Source: an uncultured virus (IMG/VR IMGVR_UViG_3300021560_000001) (lineage: Duplodnaviria > Heunggongvirae > Uroviricota > Caudoviricetes). From it: a stretch of 64,000 nucleotides of DNA. Position 1 is the first letter of the stretch, and every line of letters begins with the position of its first letter. Positions 47,877-56,459 of the stretch are shown here, one piece after another. The position numbers and the translations under genes were made by a program. Location: IMG/VR virus record IMGVR_UViG_3300021560_000001. One strand, 5' to 3'. Under the pieces are notes generated by a model. It was given only the letters and a program-made list of their open reading frames with translations, was not told the origin of the DNA and ran no database searches.

Positions 47877-48928
47877 GCCTTGTTCGCCTCCTTGTTGCGC
47901 TTCGCGAAGTCGCGCATGAGAAGCGCGGTTCTCTCGTCGATGCTCGGCTTCGCTTCTATCTCTGGGCGGCCCTCCGCGTACGACGTTCCCTTGAGTTTGA
48001 AGGTGACCACGGAGCCGGCCTTGACGAAGTCGAGCTCGCGCTGGTCCCAGGCTGCGTTCCATGCCAGCGCCGCGGCATAACCATAGTTCTGCCGGTGCTG
48101 ACTACCGCTGGAAGGGGTTTGCCGTTGCATCACGTTGCGCAAGTAAGACAGCAGCGCTCGCTGCGGTGAGCCCTTTTTCAGCCCATCGTCCTTGAGGAAA
48201 TCGCCCCAGAATTCTACCGCCGCCGACGGCTGCTCCTTTAGCGTGACTAGGACTATGGCCAAGATCGGCGTGCGCAATATGAAAGTCCGCGTCTCGGATG
48301 TCGCTCCTGCGCTCAACATGTTGCGCAGCAGGAGAATGGCGGATTCGTACTTCTTAACGTTGTCGACGACCTGCCCGCGCGACTTGATCGAGCCCTGGGT
48401 GAATAAGAGGCGGCCCTCGATGATGGCGATGGCAGAAACCGCCCTGCTCCTGATGTTGTCAGGGATCTCGCCCTCGAAGGCGTGGATGGAATCTTTGAAC
48501 GAGCGCACTCGATGAATGTCGAACACGGCATATAACGCACCGGCCTCGTCCTCGTCGGCGACCTGGCGGGTGATCAGGCACAGTTCGATCAGCTCATCGC
48601 AATCGACGATCGCCCACAACGTGTGCTGGCCATTGAGCAATAATGCCTTGCCCGACGGAAGCATGCCGAAATAGACCGGTGTCCCAGGCACGAACCTTCC
48701 GGCCTTCATCTCCGCGGACAAATATTGAACCCTGCTTTGGGTGACGCGGCGTTGTCGATCGAAGAAACTCGCCTCAATCAGCTTCAACGCCATGTCAGGC
48801 GTTACCATCATTATTTCGCATGATGTACGAGCTCCGCCGACCGGCAGAAGTGGTTCGGACGGCACCAGCGCGGGAGGCGCCTGCTTACCGATTTCTTGCA
48901 TGCCGTTGGTCCGTTTCAGGACTTCCAT
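47873..48928 (-). CDS. ParB-like/DGQHR-related protein
   Basis: VTPDMA...QRRV...V..L..EM..GRF...LLNGQHTLWAI...FD..R.RS. Confidence 0.6.
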   Translation of the reverse strand: MEVLKRTNGMQEIGKQAPPALVPSEPLLPVGGARTSCEIMMVTPDMALKLIEASFFDRQRRVTQSRVQYLSAEMKAGRFVPGTPVYFGMLPSGKALLLNGQHTLWAIVDCDELIELCLITRQVADEDEAGALYAVFDIHRVRSFKDSIHAFEGEIPDNIRSRAVSAIAIIEGRLLFTQGSIKSRGQVVDNVKKYESAILLLRNMLSAGATSETRTFILRTPILAIVLVTLKEQPSAAVEFWGDFLKDDGLKKGSPQRALLSYLRNVMQRQTPSSGSQHRQNYGYAAALAWNAAWDQRELDFVKAGSVVTFKLKGTSYAEGRPEIEAKPSIDERTALLMRDFAKRNKEANKA

Positions 48929-49799
48929 CTTGTTCTCCTTTTATGGCTTGTTTGATGGTTCGAGTGTGCACAGCTTTGCGCGCTGCTGCCTTACGCCGCA
49001 ACTCCATAACGCGATCGGCCGGGAGAGCGTAAATATTACCAATATTCTCCTCGCCGATGACGTTCTCGTAGTCGCCGGGAGCGAGCGCGACGAACTTGGG
49101 CGGCGGCACCTGTGTCTTCTTGACCATCAAACACGACACCATCGGCATGCTGCTGCCCTTGTAAGCCATGCAGGATTCCAGATTTCCGCAACGAGACCGC
49201 AGCGCGGACCAGCAACGGGCGGCAATTTGGTCTGGAATACTGGCCATGCGGCGAACGACATCATTGATCACTAACGCGTTTTTCTCCTGGCGCACCTTGC
49301 GCTGCCATTCCTCATCGATCCGTTCGACCACATCGCGCCCGTAGGAGAATGTCACGATCATCACACCTTTATTGACCAGCGATTCCAGCCAGTAGGTGTT
49401 GACGACGCGGCGCAGCCAATCGTCTGCCGGACCAGTCAGGTCGATACAGACGGCGTCGAACAGCTTGTCACGCAGTGGCAGCGGCGGCAGATGTTTGTGC
49501 GCGTTGTACTTCAATGCCACCTGCTCTAGCTCGCCGATATCGCCGACCATCGCCTCGTCTGCCCCGGCCGCGAGCGCGGCTTCCGCGTTGCGCCGCTTTA
49601 TATCAACCGCAGTGATCACGGCGGCGGGCATCAGCTCGCGGATGCATCTGATCTCTTCGGCCGGCGCCGGCCCGGCGATCATGAGCAGGCTCCAGCAATG
49701 GTTGTGCATGTTATCGCGCGCCCGCAGCCAATAGCGTACCCGCAGCCAGTGCTCGCCGCGGGCAAGCCGCTTCTGGTCGGATATAGATTGAACCTGCAT
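48885..49799 (-). CDS. Putative class I SAM-dependent methyltransferase-fold protein
   Basis: LLMIAGP...ITAVD...GDI...FDAVCIDLTG...GVMIVTFSYGRD. Confidence 0.5.
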   Translation of the reverse strand: MQVQSISDQKRLARGEHWLRVRYWLRARDNMHNHCWSLLMIAGPAPAEEIRCIRELMPAAVITAVDIKRRNAEAALAAGADEAMVGDIGELEQVALKYNAHKHLPPLPLRDKLFDAVCIDLTGPADDWLRRVVNTYWLESLVNKGVMIVTFSYGRDVVERIDEEWQRKVRQEKNALVINDVVRRMASIPDQIAARCWSALRSRCGNLESCMAYKGSSMPMVSCLMVKKTQVPPPKFVALAPGDYENVIGEENIGNIYALPADRVMELRRKAAARKAVHTRTIKQAIKGEQDGSPETDQRHARNR

Positions 49800-50653
49800 T
49801 ACTTGATTACCGAGGTATCCCGGATCTCGATCCGCGCGCCGCGCATCAGCTTGGCGTGGTTCGTCGCTCGCGCCCATAGTTTGAGTGCGCGCAGTATTTC
49901 CTCCTCTTTCAGGAACGGCCACAATGCGTCCTTGTCGAGCGCGTCGCGGTCCTCGATGGTAACGACCGGCGTGCGTCGCATCGTCACCTTGCCGCCGCGC
50001 TCACCGTGCTGGAACCGGTGACCGACGATCTGCGCCGCACTCTCCATGGTTGCGAGCTCGGCTTCCTCGGCCTTGGCGGCAGCGATTTGCTCGTCGATCC
50101 GCGCATCGGCCTCGAGCCCGGCATATTCTTCCGCCTGCGTCTCGTGCCGTTCGATCGTCTCCGGTCGCTTGGCCTCGGCCGCCGCCTTCTCGGCTGCGCG
50201 CTGCGCCCGCGCCGCGGCCTCGCGCTCGCGCCGCGCTTCTTCCTCTCTTTCCCGCGCCTTCCGCGCCTCCTCCTCCCGCCGCCTGCGCTCCTCTGCCAGC
50301 CGCCGCTGCTGGTAATCGTTCACGCGCGCGTCAAGCTTGCGTTTGGTCAAATTCACCTGCTCGATCATCTTGAAAAAGAAAGCGTCGACGGCGTTGCCGC
50401 CGTAGAGCCAGGGTGCTTTTTCCGCTACTCGGTTGCTCTCGGCGCGCTTGCTCAGGTCGCGCAATCCGATGACATGGCTGGAGGTCAATTCTAATTGCGC
50501 GTCATCGTTGATTATGTCCGGCAGCGCCACCGCCGCCTCGATCAATTCCTCGGCGCGGATTGTAAGCTCTCGATAATCGCTCGCCAGTTGGCCGGGCACT
50601 TCACTGGCGTAAGCCGGGATCAGGTTGGAGCCTCGCTCGTTCGACATGCTCAT
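49799..50653 (-). CDS. Coiled-coil phage protein (possibly Gam/DUF1351-like)
   Basis: R.AEKAP.L..G.AVDAFF; long E/R/A helix; C-terminal GARI. Confidence 0.55.
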   Translation of the reverse strand: MSMSNERGSNLIPAYASEVPGQLASDYRELTIRAEELIEAAVALPDIINDDAQLELTSSHVIGLRDLSKRAESNRVAEKAPWLYGGNAVDAFFFKMIEQVNLTKRKLDARVNDYQQRRLAEERRRREEEARKAREREEEARREREAAARAQRAAEKAAAEAKRPETIERHETQAEEYAGLEADARIDEQIAAAKAEEAELATMESAAQIVGHRFQHGERGGKVTMRRTPVVTIEDRDALDKDALWPFLKEEEILRALKLWARATNHAKLMRGARIEIRDTSVIK

Positions 50654-50696
50654 CGTTACTTTCCTCGTTCTGGCCGCGAATCGATTCGGCTTCGCG

Positions 50697-50727
50697 ATTA
50701 TAGGCCAGAACGGCCGTAATGAAGCAA
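50697..50727 (-). promoter_or_regulatory. Promoter with GGCC-N5-GGCC motif; GANTC pair just downstream
   Basis: Minus strand TTGCTT-N19-TATAAT with GGCCGTTCTGGCC abutting the -10 box. Confidence 0.55.
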
Positions 50728-50810
50728 GGCCGGTGGATAACTCTGAGGGAACTTTTCTAATCGGAGCGAATCGGCTAAACGGGCTGCTCGGTACGGAGAG
50801 CGGGAAAGCA

Positions 50811-51026
50811 ATGTTGCATAGGGTGAGCAACGAGGCGGCGCGCGCGGTTTGCCATGCCGCCGATGCTCGCGCACGAGCAAGGCGCACTACCGATGCAACG
50901 TTGCGGCGAGATTTCCTCGCGCTGGAAAGGCATTGGCTAGAACTGCTCGAGTCCTATCAATTGGCCGAGCGCATCAGCGGATGCCTTGAGTGGCGCGCCC
51001 AGCGCTTGCGGGATCGTGTTGCATGA
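50811..51026 (+). CDS. Small helical hypothetical protein
   Basis: HAADARARA...RRDFLALERHWL.L.ESYQ.AER pattern reminiscent of small Rhizobiales proteins. Confidence 0.55.
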   Translation: MLHRVSNEAARAVCHAADARARARRTTDATLRRDFLALERHWLELLESYQLAERISGCLEWRAQRLRDRVA

Positions 51027-51070
51027 GATACAATCCGTTGAGGTCATAAGCCTTGAATGGGAGAATATTG

Positions 51071-51466
51071 ATGGCAAAGAAAGCCAGGCGCGAGCGCAAA
51101 ACCACGAAACAAGAACAGGGAACAACCCGTTTAGTGTCGAAGCGCGACCTATTGTCGATTTGTCAGGCCTGCGACACCCATCAGAACCGCATTGATACGG
51201 CGTCCGGTCATATCGGCGAGCTCGTTAAGCAATACTCCGAAAAGCGCGGATTGCACCGCGGCGCGTTCCGGATCATCCAGCGCTGGCGGCGTATGGCCCG
51301 GCTCGATTCCGGCAAGCTCTGGCTCGAGCTAGCGCACTTAGACGATTATCGGCAGAAACTCAGCATCGATAAGACGGCACAATCGCAGGGTCAGCTGCTC
51401 GAGAGCGGTGCCGAGAATGTTGTCGCGCTTACTCGCGGCGAGACCGAGGAGGCCGGCGCGGCCTAA
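51071..51466 (+). CDS. GapR/DUF2312-like DNA-binding protein (distant)
   Basis: IGELVKQYSEKRGLHRGAFRIIQRWRRM...LDDYRQKLSI...QGQL. Confidence 0.45.
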   Translation: MAKKARRERKTTKQEQGTTRLVSKRDLLSICQACDTHQNRIDTASGHIGELVKQYSEKRGLHRGAFRIIQRWRRMARLDSGKLWLELAHLDDYRQKLSIDKTAQSQGQLLESGAENVVALTRGETEEAGAA

Positions 51467-51469
51467 AAC

Positions 51470-52369
51470 TCATCGTACCTTGACCGCCGAGCGTCCAGCC
51501 GCATATCTCGCCCTACGCTCCTGCATCGCCTTTTGCTTTGCCGCTTCCCATCCCTGCCAACTATCCGGTAGCGGAGGTTCGAACTTGGTTGGCGAATCCT
51601 TTTCGTCGATCAAGAATTTTTCTAATTTCATGAACGCGATAAAGGCTTCGTGGAGCTTCTGATCACTGATTGAGTGACGACTGTCGGGATGCAGGGCGCG
51701 CCGGATCGTGTCGAATGTATCTTTGTCCATGAGAGCCCTGCGCCGAGCAAAAAGCTGCTTCGCCTCATCGATCTGTTGCCTCCACTGCGGCAACACCGTC
51801 GCATCCACAAATTCCTTTACTTTGTTGCTGACCTCTTGACGAAAGCTCACGGCGAGTCGTGCCTTCTCCTGGCGTATTGCTGAATCGAACTTCTGTTGCG
51901 CGGACATTGATAGATCGTCGCGGCTGATTTGCGGCTCGCGCCGACCTCGCTCGCGTTCGATGGCGAGTTGGACTTCGTGTTCGCCGAGCCCCGTTTGCGC
52001 AACTACCTTCTCGCGGGTCCAGCCCTGATCCAGGAATAATAAGGCTGCCGCCTGCGTTTTGCTTTTGTCGCTTTTGTGTGAGTCTCTCCGACCTTTTGGT
52101 CGCCCCGCGCCTTTGGGATTGCTCGCAGTCTTGGGCTGCTTTTTAATTTTCGGAGTATCCGAAAATTCCCTCAAGTCTTCGGAAATAGTATCGACATGCA
52201 CGCCGAGTTGTGTGGCAATCGTATGCATCGTGAAGCCTTGCTTGTAAAGTCGTTCCGCTACCGGCTTGCGTTGTGCCGGCCGATCGGTCGGTGCTAGATT
52301 TGCCCACACCGCAAGAGGGCAATCGTCGGGACAGGTGCGGTCCCCGCCCATTGGGCACACGCATTTCAT
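51470..52369 (-). CDS. HTH protein with C-terminal HPD (J-domain-like) motif
   Basis: LYKQGFTMHTIATQLGVHVDTISEDL; IRRALHPD. Confidence 0.55.
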   Translation of the reverse strand: MKCVCPMGGDRTCPDDCPLAVWANLAPTDRPAQRKPVAERLYKQGFTMHTIATQLGVHVDTISEDLREFSDTPKIKKQPKTASNPKGAGRPKGRRDSHKSDKSKTQAAALLFLDQGWTREKVVAQTGLGEHEVQLAIERERGRREPQISRDDLSMSAQQKFDSAIRQEKARLAVSFRQEVSNKVKEFVDATVLPQWRQQIDEAKQLFARRRALMDKDTFDTIRRALHPDSRHSISDQKLHEAFIAFMKLEKFLIDEKDSPTKFEPPLPDSWQGWEAAKQKAMQERRARYAAGRSAVKVR

Positions 52370-52414
52370 TTTATCTCTCCATTCAAGCAGGACACAATGC
52401 CTGCAATCATTGAC

Positions 52415-52441
52415 AAAAAGGCCGGGGATTGCTCCCCGGCC
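52415..52441 (-). terminator. Rho-independent terminator
   Basis: GGCCGGGGA-GCAA-TCCCCGGCC-TTTTT after the 52464-52853 gene. Confidence 0.75.
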
Positions 52442-52463
52442 CTGGCTTGTATTACCACAACCC

Positions 52464-52853
52464 TTACTCGTCGTTTTCGGGCGGCACGATCTCGCCTTCG
52501 ATCGTGTTGCGGCGCTGCTTGCGAGAAGCCTTGTAGCGACGCAGCACGACTTGGAGGGCCAGGTTGATAATGGCCAGCTTTTCTCCTGCTACATCGGTGT
52601 TTCCGAGCTCCTCGGCCTTCTTGCGGATGGCCATCGCCACCAAGGCATTATCCATGGAAAGCGATCCCTCAACCGCATGAGCGTCGTACGTCGCACGCAA
52701 CAGATTGCGGTAGTCCGGGCTTTCATTGACGAGCACCCGGTGAACATCCTCTACGTAATCGTTGAATGAGCGTTCGGCCTTGATGTGCCGCACCCAATCT
52801 TCGATACGCTCGGGGAGAGGCGGCGCTTCGCGCCGCAGGGCGTTTCGAGACAT
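52464..52853 (-). CDS. Hypothetical protein, apparently monocistronic
   Basis: AAAGGAG RBS, own promoter and terminator. Confidence 0.65.
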   Translation of the reverse strand: MSRNALRREAPPLPERIEDWVRHIKAERSFNDYVEDVHRVLVNESPDYRNLLRATYDAHAVEGSLSMDNALVAMAIRKKAEELGNTDVAGEKLAIINLALQVVLRRYKASRKQRRNTIEGEIVPPENDE

Positions 52854-52896
52854 TACGTCTCCTTTCTACGGGAGGCGCTATGCTCCCGTGGCAAAG

Positions 52897-52926
52897 ATCA
52901 TAGGCCAAAACGGCCTCGCGAGTCAA
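52897..52926 (-). promoter_or_regulatory. Promoter with GGCC-N5-GGCC motif and GANTC over the -35 box
   Basis: Minus strand TTGACT-N18-TATGAT; GGCCGTTTTGGCC in the spacer. Confidence 0.65.
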
Positions 52927-52932
52927 CTCCGC

Positions 52933-53412
52933 CTAATGCGGGCTAATAATTCGCCAGGCGGCGGCGATTAAAGCCGCCTCGGCGCGGCCGTGATCCTTCT
53001 TGCGGGCAAATAGCGAGCTCGAGTGCGGAAAGAGCTGTAGAGCTCGCAATCGGCTCTGCTCTTTCTCACTCCCGCGTAGGCCGACCGCGCGCTTCCACAT
53101 ACTCGGTTCGACAACGGTGATGGGAACACCGCAGCAAGCAATCACCGCCTCCAGGGCTCCGACCGCGCGGCCATATTTGAACCCTGACGAAGCACCCTGT
53201 TTGGGCATCGCTTGCGCTCTCTCGATCAGCGCGTGCTGCGGGCGCCGGCCGACCATCCACTCTGATATCGCCACCGGATCCACGCGCTCCTTCGCCCCGG
53301 CGCCGGCCACTGGCACGTCGATCGCGTCGAGGAGATGCAGCGAGCCGTCGTCGAGGATCTCGACTAGGGCGAGGCCGCCGCGTACTCCCGGATCAATGCC
53401 GAGGATTCTCAT
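52933..53412 (-). CDS. RuvC-like Holliday junction resolvase
   Basis: ILGIDPG..GGLA...IE...MPKQG.SS.F.YG...P..WK...DHGRAEAALIA. Confidence 0.85.
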   Translation of the reverse strand: MRILGIDPGVRGGLALVEILDDGSLHLLDAIDVPVAGAGAKERVDPVAISEWMVGRRPQHALIERAQAMPKQGASSGFKYGRAVGALEAVIACCGVPITVVEPSMWKRAVGLRGSEKEQSRLRALQLFPHSSSLFARKKDHGRAEAALIAAAWRIISPH

Positions 53413-53579
53413 TTTCCCAAGCAGTCTCGAATAAGCTCGATCAGTTCTGGTGAGGCAGGCTTGTTGCCATATTCCGTCTCCCGCCAATAACGGCGCCGCA
53501 GTATCAACGAGAGTGAGAACCACTCTTCGCGCGTTAGCTCGACGCCGGCACGGATGCATCCAGTCTTTCGAGAGTCCAT
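53409..53579 (-). CDS. Small hypothetical protein (56 aa, not in ORF track)
   Basis: MDSRKTGCIRAGVELTREEWFSLSLILRRRYWRETEYGNKP...; ATGA overlap with the RuvC-like gene. Confidence 0.5.
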   Translation of the reverse strand: MDSRKTGCIRAGVELTREEWFSLSLILRRRYWRETEYGNKPASPELIELIRDCLGK

Positions 53580-54103
53580 TGTCCGTTCTTGTCTTTCCCA
53601 TGCGCTCGACCGGCATCGTCAAGTACGAGCGCTGCGCCGACGAGGGCCGTCGTCAACGGTATGTAGAACTTCCTCACTGTGCCGTTGTGTTCATGGCAAT
53701 CGGCTGGTGTCACTTTTGCGCAGTAAAATCGAAGAAGCCAGTTCTTCGGAAACACGAAAACGATCTCATAATTCCCCTGGACGTAAAGCCATGAATTGTC
53801 CGTACGCAAAATGCCGCTGTCTATCCAATCGGCGTTGGCGCGACGGGTTTTCTCGGCAATCTCGATGCTCAAGCGACCCGTGGGATTTTTGGCCGGATCG
53901 CGGCTGAAACATCTCTTGTCGAGCTTGATTTCGAAGCCCTGAGGATTCTCGCCGAGCGTGTATTGAAGCCGCTTGTCGTCATGGTCCCAGGTCGTGAAGC
54001 CCCATGGGTTTAGGATGCGATGAACGTGGCGCTGAAAGGCGATGCCTTCCTTGAGAGTATCGGCCCCGTCCGGAGCGTCTGGATATTCGTCATTCGGCGG
54101 CAA
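53534..54103 (-). CDS. Putative PD-(D/E)XK endonuclease
   Basis: GIAFQ..V...QY..GE...GFEIKLD...TGRLSIEIAEK...SGI. Confidence 0.5.
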   Translation of the reverse strand: MPPNDEYPDAPDGADTLKEGIAFQRHVHRILNPWGFTTWDHDDKRLQYTLGENPQGFEIKLDKRCFSRDPAKNPTGRLSIEIAEKTRRANADWIDSGILRTDNSWLYVQGNYEIVFVFPKNWLLRFYCAKVTPADCHEHNGTVRKFYIPLTTALVGAALVLDDAGRAHGKDKNGQWTLERLDASVPASS

Positions 54104-54986
54104 TAGCTATCTCCGCAACGTGCCCGTAAACGTCCCATCCCTCGCGCTTCTCGCGCGGAAACATCTCCAGCTTGCGACCGTGCGTGTAGATCGTCTCGAT
54201 GATATCGTAGAACTCGACCGGCTTTAGACTATGCTTGTTGCTGCGCTCGATGCTCTGCACGCTGTCGAAAAGCTGTTGCTTATCTGGCTCGCAGGAGCCG
54301 CGCGTGCACACCAGCAAGAACTCGTGACGCACCGAGTTGTAGTGTCCCATGTTGTGCTTGATCTTGTCCCAGACGAACGACGCCTTGTATTCAAATCCCC
54401 AGGCACGAACGACCTCGAAGGCTTCCTCCAGAATCGGCGATGTTGCCCACAAAAATAGCACCGCATTGTCCTCGATCCATTGGTCGACGGGCAACGCGCA
54501 TATCTCGTCTAATTCCATCACCGGGTAATGGTCGCGCTGCTCCGTGTGATAGTCGGGTTGCGTATTGCCATAAGACCAGGGCGGATCGGCGTAGATGATG
54601 CGGTACTTGTTGGTTGGCTCCTCCGTCACGCCCTCTTCCGCGGCAGCGGCAGCGATAGCGGCCCGCAACGCGTTCCGGCCGCCGGTGAGCGAGTGGCGTG
54701 TCGATTTTTCGACAGCTTTTGTCGATTTTTCGACAATCAAATCCTTTGCTATGGTGGAATGATCCCATCCAGTACGCTCTGCAATCTCACGCGTCGAACA
54801 ACCTGCATCGTGCATGGCGCGTGCAATCCTTGGACGCTCCTCGCGCCGAACACGCTTAACCATCATATTTTCTATTTGATTAAGCTCGACATCTGTGATC
54901 TCAGCAAGATCAACATACTCGCTCGTCAGCTCCTTCGTTGCGCCGAGAAAATTAGCAAGCAGCTTAGCCGACTTTCTCATCCGCAT
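54090..54986 (-). CDS. MT-A70-family adenine methyltransferase with N-terminal HTH
   Basis: IYADPPW.Y...HYPVM...LFLWAT...WGFEYK..FVWDK...HE.LLV..RG...HS.KP. Confidence 0.9.
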   Translation of the reverse strand: MRMRKSAKLLANFLGATKELTSEYVDLAEITDVELNQIENMMVKRVRREERPRIARAMHDAGCSTREIAERTGWDHSTIAKDLIVEKSTKAVEKSTRHSLTGGRNALRAAIAAAAAEEGVTEEPTNKYRIIYADPPWSYGNTQPDYHTEQRDHYPVMELDEICALPVDQWIEDNAVLFLWATSPILEEAFEVVRAWGFEYKASFVWDKIKHNMGHYNSVRHEFLLVCTRGSCEPDKQQLFDSVQSIERSNKHSLKPVEFYDIIETIYTHGRKLEMFPREKREGWDVYGHVAEIAIAAE

Positions 54987-55636
54987 GCTCCTTGTGTGAA
55001 TCTGTCCGTTTCATCGCCCCACGCGTCCCATCCCTCCCGCCGGCTCCTGGCGAACAGCTCGAGATACGGCCCTTCGACTAGCCGCTCGATCCGTTCGCGT
55101 ACACAATCTGGCTTGCGCGAATGCTCGCGCCTGGGCTCAATGATCGCCTGGCGCACGTCGGCGTTGAGCCGCTTCGGGTTGCCGCGCGTCGCCAGCAGGC
55201 ATGGCTCGGAATTGGCGCGGGTCCAGTAACCCATGCCCATCAGCGGATCGACGTGGTCCTGAAACATCTCCAGCTGGCCGGCGTGCGCCTTGGCCCACAC
55301 GAACGCCGCTGTTTTGTACTCGAAGCCCCACGACCGGATCAGGATCAGCGCCGCCTCGAGCATCGGCCAGCTCGCCCACAGGAACAGCGCGCAGTCGTCG
55401 GCCGTCAGCTCGCGCACCGGCAGCGCGACCATCTCGTCCAGCGTCATCGTAAGATAATGAACGCGCGCGCTCGTGTAGGTTCCGTGCCGCTCCGGCCCTC
55501 GCGCCTTGACGGTGGTCGCATTGTCCCAGGTCGCGAACCGCCAGGGCGGGTCGGCGAGGATCGCACGGTAATAACCGCGCTCGAGTCCAACAAACGGATC
55601 GGTTTGAGTTTTTTCGAGCATTGACCGAATCGCCAA
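54977..55636 (-). CDS. MT-A70-family adenine methyltransferase
   Basis: ILADPPWRF...HYLTM...LFLW...WGFEYKT.AF.W.K...GMGYWTRANSEPCLLATRG...HSRKPD...LELFAR. Confidence 0.92.
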   Translation of the reverse strand: MAIRSMLEKTQTDPFVGLERGYYRAILADPPWRFATWDNATTVKARGPERHGTYTSARVHYLTMTLDEMVALPVRELTADDCALFLWASWPMLEAALILIRSWGFEYKTAAFVWAKAHAGQLEMFQDHVDPLMGMGYWTRANSEPCLLATRGNPKRLNADVRQAIIEPRREHSRKPDCVRERIERLVEGPYLELFARSRREGWDAWGDETDRFTQGACG

Positions 55637-55884
55637 GGCTCGGAAGATTAAGCGATTCGCCGGCCGCTCGCTAACCGCGAACCGGGTTTATCCCCAGGCC
55701 AAATCGCCGAGCTTTACAAGGAAGCGAGAATCAGATTAGCGTCGCGATTCGAATCACGAAGGCCGCCCGGGGTTGTCTTCGGACGGCCTTCATAACACTC
55801 AACAGATGGTTCACGAACATGTTCCATCTACCCTATCTCCAAATGATTCGCAAGCCCTCGTGGCCTCGCCACGAGTTACCCACA
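55627..55884. promoter_or_regulatory. Control region with 6 GANTC sites, convergent promoter-like elements and DnaA-box-like 9-mers
   Basis: GANTC at 55627, 55654, 55728, 55746, 55751, 55845; TTATCCCCA at 55688; TTACCCACA at 55876. Confidence 0.5.
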
Positions 55885-55903
55885 AGTTTTAGTAGCGTAG
55901 CGT

Positions 55904-55937
55904 AAAGGCCGCCGCCCGAAAGGACGACGGCCTTTTT
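55904..55937 (+). terminator. Terminator-like hairpin (possibly bidirectional)
   Basis: AAAGGCCGCCGCCC-GAAA-GGACGACGGCCTTTTT. Confidence 0.6.
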
Positions 55938-55939
55938 AA

Positions 55940-56432
55940 TACAGCCCCGACGACATCCGCCGCTGCCGATACCCGGCTCTCGCCGACTGAGCGTCGAGCG
56001 GTCGTTCTTGGGGGAGACGGCTTGACCGCGCCGAAGTGCGGTCGAAGGCTCCCGCCGGTCTTACCCGACGGCTCCGATGTCTGCTCGACCAAGGAGACAA
56101 ATGCGCGTGGCCTCCAAACCCACGTGATTGATCGGATGCGGTAAATACCCGCATTCGACCACATCATTTGGCAACACCCACGCGGTCACGGCGTACCTCG
56201 TGATCCCCTCCAGGCTTCGGCCTGGTTCAATCCCAGCGTATACGCCCGGTAGTTCTGGGCAGGGTAGCGGTCTGGTCCCACGATACGGGACGGGGCAATG
56301 GAATACGGGAGCGGAAGCTGAGCTTTCTACTAGAGGTGGCGCCCACCACCTCGTACCTACTGCCGGTTCCTCGTTAAGCAAGTAAGCAAGGGGAGCCAGG
56401 CGGGTAGGGTAGAAAAGGACGGGTTGGGTTGG
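55940..56432 (+). ncRNA. Candidate long structured RNA / origin region
   Basis: No credible ORF; multiple hairpins incl. CCAGGC-TTCG-GCCTGG; terminal G-runs. Confidence 0.35.
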
Positions 56433-56459
56433 AGCCATGGTTGAGAGACAGGTGAATTT

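Noticed and set aside
55688..55884. DnaA boxes as proof of an origin
   Set aside because: Only two 8/9 matches; noted as weak support only
55889..56438. ORFs 55889-56167, 56061-56438 and 56128-56385
   Set aside because: No recognisable motifs, mutually overlapping, and the region is better explained by RNA structure
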